From: a virus
Lineage: Duplodnaviria; Caudoviricetes
IMG/VR virus record: IMGVR_UViG_3300010885_082162
Location: 1-64,000 of that record
Strand: one strand, 5' to 3'
DNA: 64,000 bases
Position numbers and translations under genes: made by a program. Every line of letters starts with the position of its first letter. Position 1 is the first letter of the stretch. The notes below the pieces were generated by a model, which was not told where the DNA came from, ran no database searches, and saw only the letters and a list, made by a program, of their open reading frames with translations. Of this stretch, positions 58,701 to 64,000 are shown in pieces.

Positions 58701-59389
58701 ATTCAAAGAAAGTTTTCACAGGAAGTGTACTAGTAAAAGCCGACGCGTCAGTAACAAATTGTGCAAATGTAGGTATATTTAGAATATTTCAGCAATCAAG
58801 TTACAGCAACACGGGCAGTTTACTAGTTGATTTTGAAAACTTCTTAAACACTGAGTATGTATCGATTGGCAATAAAACAAATCCACTTACTAATCTGACT
58901 TATCTGTTAGGATTTGATACTTTTGGTAGATCAATGTCTGGCTTCGGTGCCGGCAGCGGCGGAGAGTTTATAACTTCTCAAGATGTGTTATATAATCAAT
59001 CGATTCTAAATCCATTTTATATAACAGGCTCATCGTATAGACAGACAGTATCAGCCAGTCTTGGTTCTCAATTTAATTTGTTAGGCACTGGTAGCTATAT
59101 TTATTGCACTTCTAAATTGTCGTTAGGCAAACAAAAACAATCACCTTATCTTACATATCCTGAAGATAAGTTCATATTGTCTGTATCAAAGACACGCCCA
59201 GCTTATAATCGTGCTGATATTAGAATTAGCGCAGCCTCTTTATCAACAGGACAGATAACAACACTAGTTTCATCTTCTTACTTTAATGATATATCAGACC
59301 CAGAAGGGCATGAGGTTTATTTGAATACCGGCTCTATTAAACTCACATTATACGGCTCTAATGTTAAATTAGGTGGAGAAGTGCAATGA
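55715..59389 (+). CDS. Large virion protein with nidogen(NIDO)-like and LamG/concanavalin A-like domains
   Basis: IPLGFGFNFNG...LLAPWFD...VIRW...IYESGKIEFNY (NIDO-like); WKLDE...FSFSAWFK...WHHAVVTY...IYIDG...FTGSIDDVARWN (LamG). Confidence 0.8.
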   Translation: MSSPKSKRQPPARDFDKYVATFQSDPLNKSVGLNSVNPNKWKQFGPILSSSNGYITFIQESLTESIVIPGRNSDIIPLGFGFNFNGVTYNDFIASPHGWMSLLDPSNYPSTASIDTAYIDRMIISGSSSFDNAAIKQAFQYNDLLLAPWFDRQLTTHRDIDSYIEYFSGSNTSVASQKERFLFGRANSKDYSFKENNFGMKYALIDDSIDGKALVIRWSTMGYKYRGKKLSYETAIYESGKIEFNYAPLANYSTDYTLLPLTVNPVNVWKLDESTGATVNDAMNATNLIYKTPANMRPSAGIIGTASFFSGSANTVIYANNTAFANYVVTDSFSFSAWFKGALNDASLKFILSRMNQDFSRGYSLALAGGSIVLTLNDSYSSNTLQVTSVPNSYSDDNWHHAVVTYNGNASASGIKIYIDGQQISTTTTYSTLTVSSNIQADVTRDFLIGAYGVQNANNQQFTGSIDDVARWNAVITPNDVNTIYENGLAGISVADITPIGNSTTSYATCGIFASGSSTWNYRDFAPLLGVMSASRKISDFGGGLYTGSYFDIDTETSVTASYAVNIGINHWPKHGGKITFSAPKLRRQLIRTDLLADDSKQYFDQSGFDDRRIINYITQSNVDASTVLPLSLIVAPSYPGVHLKQNLISSGGIRLPNRKIISAGHDSYIADETHLFKKTAPFSEDSPSQGRLTDPFFLTGSISAFSVNTNSFARSIENKRQLKLVFNVGNKTKMFTSASSLYYYNVAANQWNIPTRSLDDHVTSSFKKFSVPTDGAGGSCNGSFYLEDKIGFDSQGNCIISGNLNIFRSTTGNERNQSTAEIGTLFNLKDHTQILAPEYAKSIQRNSNYLASDDECFTLPIIDPFLVEKAVIEIPFCMGDGWFDDRTSFLLASASNYAFTASNGNITKLSPLNWLEEGGPAITVAMYCQRNYGTGSVRDLVFKTTFSHADDKQNLVKLTYANSGSASDLTHIVTLTGNDNNRNIMSDYVPYQLNNSKKVFTGSVLVKADASVTNCANVGIFRIFQQSSYSNTGSLLVDFENFLNTEYVSIGNKTNPLTNLTYLLGFDTFGRSMSGFGAGSGGEFITSQDVLYNQSILNPFYITGSSYRQTVSASLGSQFNLLGTGSYIYCTSKLSLGKQKQSPYLTYPEDKFILSVSKTRPAYNRADIRISAASLSTGQITTLVSSSYFNDISDPEGHEVYLNTGSIKLTLYGSNVKLGGEVQ

Positions 59390-62217
59390 AGAATTATTTT
59401 ACTGACGCTGTGCATGACGTAATTGGAAATACACCTGTATTAGATCAATTTGATACTTCATATCCTGCTTCATTTTACGGTTCATCTCAAGACGACTTTG
59501 TTACAGGCACACTTTTAGTTTTAAATCAAGCAGAGACTAAAAAACAAGGTAAAGAAGTTTATAGCGCACAAAATAGAGGTAGACTTTTTAGTAAAACTTA
59601 TGCTTCTTCGCAGCCTGCGTTAGATTCAACTTTTGGTTCTGCTGAAGTCGACAAGAATCCTTCGTACTCTGAAAGACTAGTTCCTTGGTTTGAAAAGACT
59701 TCGAACTCTTATAGAATTATGCAGTGCATTGACGAGCGAGAGAGATTTTACGACTCTTGCTTACCAAGCATTAAAAATTGTTTTTCTGCAGATGATTCAA
59801 GTGTGTGGTATACGTATGACAATCCACAATACTGGCTTAGCCCATACGGCAACGTTCAGTCGTCTTCTGACATAGGTTATATTTTATTTAATGCAAAGCC
59901 TATTGCATCTAATCCCCTGTCTAATAACGTGTGGACATGGTCATTTCCTTACGAAGAAAGATACAAACCTGAAGACCGTGTGATCAACACAGAAAATATA
60001 TTTTCGGACATTAATACAGACGTGACCACAAACTGGTATCCCTCTTCTTTTTCTAAAGTTAAGAACCAAAAAATTCCAAGAAAAATAAAGAATCTTTTAC
60101 CTCTCCTGCCTGGCCGAAAGCAGATTAATACTAGTGACACTAGCTTTAGAGTGGATCCATCGTTACCCAGCAACGGTGACGGAAGTTATAGAATATTAAT
60201 TCCGGCAGATATTAAGCTAAATAATAAGGATACGCCTACAAATCAATATCTGACAGGCTCAATGACAGATGAAGATATGATTCGTTTTTTGTTTGGATTC
60301 GGTGATCTTAATAACATAGCTTATACATCTTTTACTTTAAATGACGAGGAAGATGAAGAAAAAGTCTTATCGTCATCTTACTTCACTGGCTTTGAGATTA
60401 TCAATTTTGGAGCTATTACATCAGCTTCATTAAATGGCGGTCCAATACCACCGACAGATTCGCCATACAGCTTTAGTCAATTTAACTATACAGACAATTA
60501 TGTCACAGTGAAGTGGTTGTCACCGACAGGTAAATCTGTTGGACAACCAGGTTATGCTGAATATCCATGGGTGTTGGTCGCAAGGTCAGGAAGTATCTCA
60601 GCTACACTCGATGAAAATCTAGAATCTTCACAGCGTTATAACTTTGTTTCAGGATCAAATTATTTTTCTTATGCACCAAGTAGCACACCGCGTGCACGAG
60701 GACAAATACTCACAAACTCTTCAGCAATTTATTGGTTGTCTAGTTCTAACGCAGCTACCGCAGGTCAAACGAATAGCAATGAAACACACTGGGTGCTGGG
60801 TTCATTTTTAAGTGCGTCAAACTATATACCTCCTTTCGGTGGGCCGCAGGTTGTTACGACTTATAAAATGTCAGGTTCATCTGCATTTACAAAATCTGTA
60901 TCTTATCAGAAGCTTGAAGTAACTTCTTCATCGCCGTGGAAGTTATCTTACTCAAGAGCAGTTTCTGCTAATACAACAAATTATTTCAGATCAAGCTTTA
61001 CAGGAATGCCCGGGCTACCATCAAGCTTAGGAAATGTCGATATCGAGATAGAGAAGTTATACGGTACAGATGTTCCTTTTGAAGGTACTAACGTGGTAGA
61101 GACAAAGTCTCAGATCTTAACTGAATTTACGTCTTCTTTATATCCACCGGGCGAATATCAAGTTAAATTTAGTTACGTTAAGACAGGTCAAGATGCAGGT
61201 ACGGGTAGCATAGACAGGGCTTTCATTGATAACGTCTATGTGTTTACGTTAGGTGCTGGTCAATTGACTGCTAGCTTTGATCCTAACTACAGAATTGGAT
61301 ACAACCATTATCCACAGTTTAGACAGGTCGTTAGAGATACTAGGTCGAGTCCATATTTTCCAGGCACAGGTCTGAAGTCAGCAGCCGAGCTAAGCACAGA
61401 CATTATTAAAAAATTGGATGTATTTAATCCTAGCGCAATAAAGCCTAAATATTCACAGTTTAGTGTAAATATTACTGATTCAAAAACTTTAAGATCTGCG
61501 CTCACATCTACAAAGACAACTGCCGTCTTCAGCATAGATTCCAACAAAATTAGTACAATAAGTCAATTAGCTAGCGTAAAAAATAACCCAGAAATTTTAG
61601 CGCGTCTCTCGACGATTGACGAATTAGCACGCCTTCTAACACAGACGAGTTATGGTGGCTATGAAATTGCTTTCGCTCCTGTAATTAGAGGATGGAAGTA
61701 CGGCATTTATAATGGTTTGCCGGCGAACTCTAGGGTCATCTTTAGAAGAAATAGATTCGGCCACTTTAGAGACATGCTTGAGCAACGTCTGTTCACGACT
61801 TTTTGTAATACAGACCGTTCTTTCATTAAAAACGTAGCAAGAAGCGGTGAGAGGAGTACAAGCAAATTTAAGCAAGGCATTTCTGTGCAAGACGGGCCCG
61901 TGAGTGTAAAATTTGTTCGTCAGACTATTAATATTGATGAGAATAATATCGGAAAAATTATAACTACAGAGATAGCGCCTATATTGACTACATCACAAAA
62001 TTTAACAAAAAATGCGTCATCATCAACGCCTTATTTTGACGGTGAAAGCAGATCTAGACCTAATGATTTTAATCCTGACGGTTCAAAGTTAAGTGAAATG
62101 ATAATGTTAACATCTGCAATAACACTTCCTGTGCTAAGCACTGAAGTCAAAGCAATTACAACTGCTCCTCAAATAAATTCAGCACTTAAAAATTTGACAA
62201 TCACTTCTCGTAGGTAG
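59386..62217 (+). CDS. Hypothetical large virion protein
   Basis: 943 aa, S/T-rich; ATGA overlap; GGAG SD. Confidence 0.6.
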   Translation: MKNYFTDAVHDVIGNTPVLDQFDTSYPASFYGSSQDDFVTGTLLVLNQAETKKQGKEVYSAQNRGRLFSKTYASSQPALDSTFGSAEVDKNPSYSERLVPWFEKTSNSYRIMQCIDERERFYDSCLPSIKNCFSADDSSVWYTYDNPQYWLSPYGNVQSSSDIGYILFNAKPIASNPLSNNVWTWSFPYEERYKPEDRVINTENIFSDINTDVTTNWYPSSFSKVKNQKIPRKIKNLLPLLPGRKQINTSDTSFRVDPSLPSNGDGSYRILIPADIKLNNKDTPTNQYLTGSMTDEDMIRFLFGFGDLNNIAYTSFTLNDEEDEEKVLSSSYFTGFEIINFGAITSASLNGGPIPPTDSPYSFSQFNYTDNYVTVKWLSPTGKSVGQPGYAEYPWVLVARSGSISATLDENLESSQRYNFVSGSNYFSYAPSSTPRARGQILTNSSAIYWLSSSNAATAGQTNSNETHWVLGSFLSASNYIPPFGGPQVVTTYKMSGSSAFTKSVSYQKLEVTSSSPWKLSYSRAVSANTTNYFRSSFTGMPGLPSSLGNVDIEIEKLYGTDVPFEGTNVVETKSQILTEFTSSLYPPGEYQVKFSYVKTGQDAGTGSIDRAFIDNVYVFTLGAGQLTASFDPNYRIGYNHYPQFRQVVRDTRSSPYFPGTGLKSAAELSTDIIKKLDVFNPSAIKPKYSQFSVNITDSKTLRSALTSTKTTAVFSIDSNKISTISQLASVKNNPEILARLSTIDELARLLTQTSYGGYEIAFAPVIRGWKYGIYNGLPANSRVIFRRNRFGHFRDMLEQRLFTTFCNTDRSFIKNVARSGERSTSKFKQGISVQDGPVSVKFVRQTINIDENNIGKIITTEIAPILTTSQNLTKNASSSTPYFDGESRSRPNDFNPDGSKLSEMIMLTSAITLPVLSTEVKAITTAPQINSALKNLTITSRR

Positions 62218-62224
62218 AGAAAAT

Positions 62225-64000
62225 ATGACTATACCCACAGAAAAAAATCCAAATGATGCTTTCGCTTATCTACTAAGTAGCTCGGATGAAAATTCTAAAC
62301 TGATGAGGACAGCAGTGCTTTCAGATTTTCAAGTAGGTCTACCTGAAAACCCAAGTGAATTACAACTTACAGGCAGAATTTCATATAGCACTGCATTTGC
62401 TGAGGTTCAACCCAGCCAAATAGTTTATTTTCCTCCTGACGTTACTATCTTTCTTGTCTCAACTCTTCCATTTGAAATTTTAAGGACGGGTGTTGCGTAT
62501 AGCCAGCTTGAAGATTTTAAACAAACAATAACAGTCGTGTTGCCACAAGATCCTCGCGTCGGTCAAGTCTGCTACGTTAAAGATGCGTCAGGAACAGCTC
62601 ACGTCTGTGCAATAAAGATTCAGGGTTCTAAGATAGACGGAGATGATAGTAAATTATTAGATTATAAAGACGGTTGCATCGGTCTTATATGGTCCGGCGC
62701 AGCTTGGTCAACGCTATCAGATGGTAATCAAAGCTCATCAGATAACAATTTACTCAATAAGACAATTCAAGCTGCAATAGAAAGTTATGGTCCTGCAACA
62801 ACTGATCCTGCTTATATTGTTTTAGCATCATCTCCTTCATTGCCAAATGAAAGGGTGCTCACTGCTGGATCTGGTATTACCATCACTGACGCCGGCGCAG
62901 GAGGCAGTTTAACTATTACCGCGGCGGGTGGTGGTGGTTCCGGTGACGTCGTGGGCCCTGCTAGCGCAACAGATAATGCGATCGCTAGATTTGATCTAAC
63001 AACGGGCAAGCTGATACAAAACTCTGGTGTTACAATTGATGATTCTAATAATGTGACTGTAGCTGGCCGCATTATTGTGACAGGCGGTACGACCTCAGTA
63101 ACAGATGCAACGCTTGGTAATGCAGCTGTGGGTTCTTTCCCTTACTATGATGGTGGCGGCAATTCTGCTGTGTACGCAATGTTTGGTCACAAAGATCTTG
63201 ACCACGCTTCTGTTGTAACCAATTATGCTCTATACCAAGATAATACAGGTAACACATCAATAAACGCATCCAATGGAAAAAATCTGTATTTTTCTGTTAA
63301 TAACGTTGCTATGGGTGCAATAACAAATGATATTGGTTCTGGCGTAGATGCAATACTCTTTACGGGCGATTTATCGACAAGAACAGATATAACGCTCGGT
63401 AATACAACAGGTGTTTCAGCAACAACAATTAATGCAGGTACTGGTGATCTCAATATCGGTCATAATGCTGCGGATCGAAATGTTAATTTAGGCACAGGCA
63501 ATAATTCAACAGAGCAAGAAGTTACTGTAGGCAGTACATTTGGAAGGTCTCCCCTTGTTCTTAGAGCAGGAACTGGCGACATGTATTTAACGGGCACTGT
63601 ATCTACTGATTTTATAATTGGGCATACAGCAGGAACTGGTGATATAACTGTAGGTAGATCAACTGCAAGTAATACGATAAATATTGGTAATGCTAATACT
63701 GTAACTACAAAAACGCAAACTATTAATATAGGCGCTGGTACACCAGCAGGAACTGGAAAAGCTACTGTTACTATTGGTAACCCTGGTGGCGCTTCTGCGA
63801 TAACGCTTCAGGCAGGCTCAGGCGGAATTATACTTTCAGGGTCGGCAACAACAGTAATCACAGGATCAACATCAGGACAGGCTGATGCTTACATCGGAAC
63901 AGTTGAAATAGGCGAGCTTCCTGCTACGAAAACGTCTTTTCCAGCAGTTTATGCCATGTTCGGCCACAAAGATCTTGATCATAGCACAGATGGTAATTAT
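62225..64000 (+). CDS. Partial tail fibre / receptor-binding protein (>592 aa); runs off the right edge
   Basis: Not in the ORF track. ATG at 62225 stays open to the end. T4 gp34-type motif VLPQDPRVGQVCYVKD..G...IDG...W; GDVVGPASATDNAIARFD; G/T-rich beta repeats. Confidence 0.85.
   Translation, partial: MTIPTEKNPNDAFAYLLSSSDENSKLMRTAVLSDFQVGLPENPSELQLTGRISYSTAFAEVQPSQIVYFPPDVTIFLVSTLPFEILRTGVAYSQLEDFKQTITVVLPQDPRVGQVCYVKDASGTAHVCAIKIQGSKIDGDDSKLLDYKDGCIGLIWSGAAWSTLSDGNQSSSDNNLLNKTIQAAIESYGPATTDPAYIVLASSPSLPNERVLTAGSGITITDAGAGGSLTITAAGGGGSGDVVGPASATDNAIARFDLTTGKLIQNSGVTIDDSNNVTVAGRIIVTGGTTSVTDATLGNAAVGSFPYYDGGGNSAVYAMFGHKDLDHASVVTNYALYQDNTGNTSINASNGKNLYFSVNNVAMGAITNDIGSGVDAILFTGDLSTRTDITLGNTTGVSATTINAGTGDLNIGHNAADRNVNLGTGNNSTEQEVTVGSTFGRSPLVLRAGTGDMYLTGTVSTDFIIGHTAGTGDITVGRSTASNTINIGNANTVTTKTQTINIGAGTPAGTGKATVTIGNPGGASAITLQAGSGGIILSGSATTVITGSTSGQADAYIGTVEIGELPATKTSFPAVYAMFGHKDLDHSTDGNY
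63167..63982 (+). repeat. Internal peptide repeat AVYAMFGHKDLDH x2 in the tail fibre
   Basis: Copies at 63167-63205 and 63944-63982: identical protein, DNA differing only at third codon positions. Confidence 0.9.

Noticed and set aside
4091-63453. The many 60-184 aa antisense or alternate-frame ORFs in the track (e.g. 6073+, 16614-, 44803-, 46146+, 62812-, 63072-, 63223-)
   Set aside because: They lie wholly within longer ORFs with recognisable motifs, or within the unlisted tail-fibre frame, and have no motifs of their own: shadow ORFs.
1-64000. Giant eukaryotic virus (Nucleocytoviricota) origin suggested by the sugar genes and XPD-like helicase
   Set aside because: gp25/gp6-like baseplate genes, sigma factors, SD sequences and overlapping operonic genes indicate a tailed bacteriophage.
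1-64000. tRNA, rRNA, CRISPR array, integrase, transposase, intron/intein or diversity-generating retroelement
   Set aside because: The largest intergenic gap is about 110 nt, and I saw no cloverleaf, array, recombinase or reverse-transcriptase motif. The tail-fibre repeat differs only at synonymous third positions, not in the adenine-specific pattern of a DGR.

Overview
This window is an AT-rich, gene-dense segment of a large tailed (jumbo, myovirus-like) bacteriophage genome read in standard code 11. All assignments come from motif recognition by eye; no searches were run. Left arm (1-12.5 kb, almost all minus strand): three probable virion proteins (the first runs off the left edge and is missing from the ORF track), PIN-PhoH, a stand-alone sigma70 region-4 protein, an Hc1-like protein, a DinG/XPD helicase, ClpP and a degenerate GroEL-like protein. 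After a strand switch at ~12.55 kb comes a ~29 kb glycan-biosynthesis island (12.6-41.4 kb). It holds about 10 glycosyltransferase-like genes (GT2, GT4, GT6, GT11, HtrL-like), Gmd, a ColD-type 3-dehydratase, RmlC, several SDRs (two lacking the catalytic Tyr) and an orphan TPP-dependent E1 alpha/beta pair. It also holds split HldE domains, methyltransferases, cupins, HAD phosphatases, a PhyH / HemN-like / B12-radical-SAM trio and a deletion scar. I found no flippase, polymerase or initiating phosphoglycosyltransferase. Right arm (41.7-64 kb): a gp55-like sigma factor and a contractile-tail baseplate module (spike, CHAP-like hydrolase, gp25, gp6-like wedge, LamG proteins) ending in a tail-fibre ORF that runs off the right edge (also missing from the ORF track). 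The best candidate for an undescribed system is a cytoplasmic, lipid-carrier-independent pathway making an unusual, possibly branched and methylated 3,6-dideoxy-sugar glycan, with Ser/Thr-rich virion proteins as plausible acceptors. I saw no tRNA, rRNA, CRISPR array, integrase or transposase.
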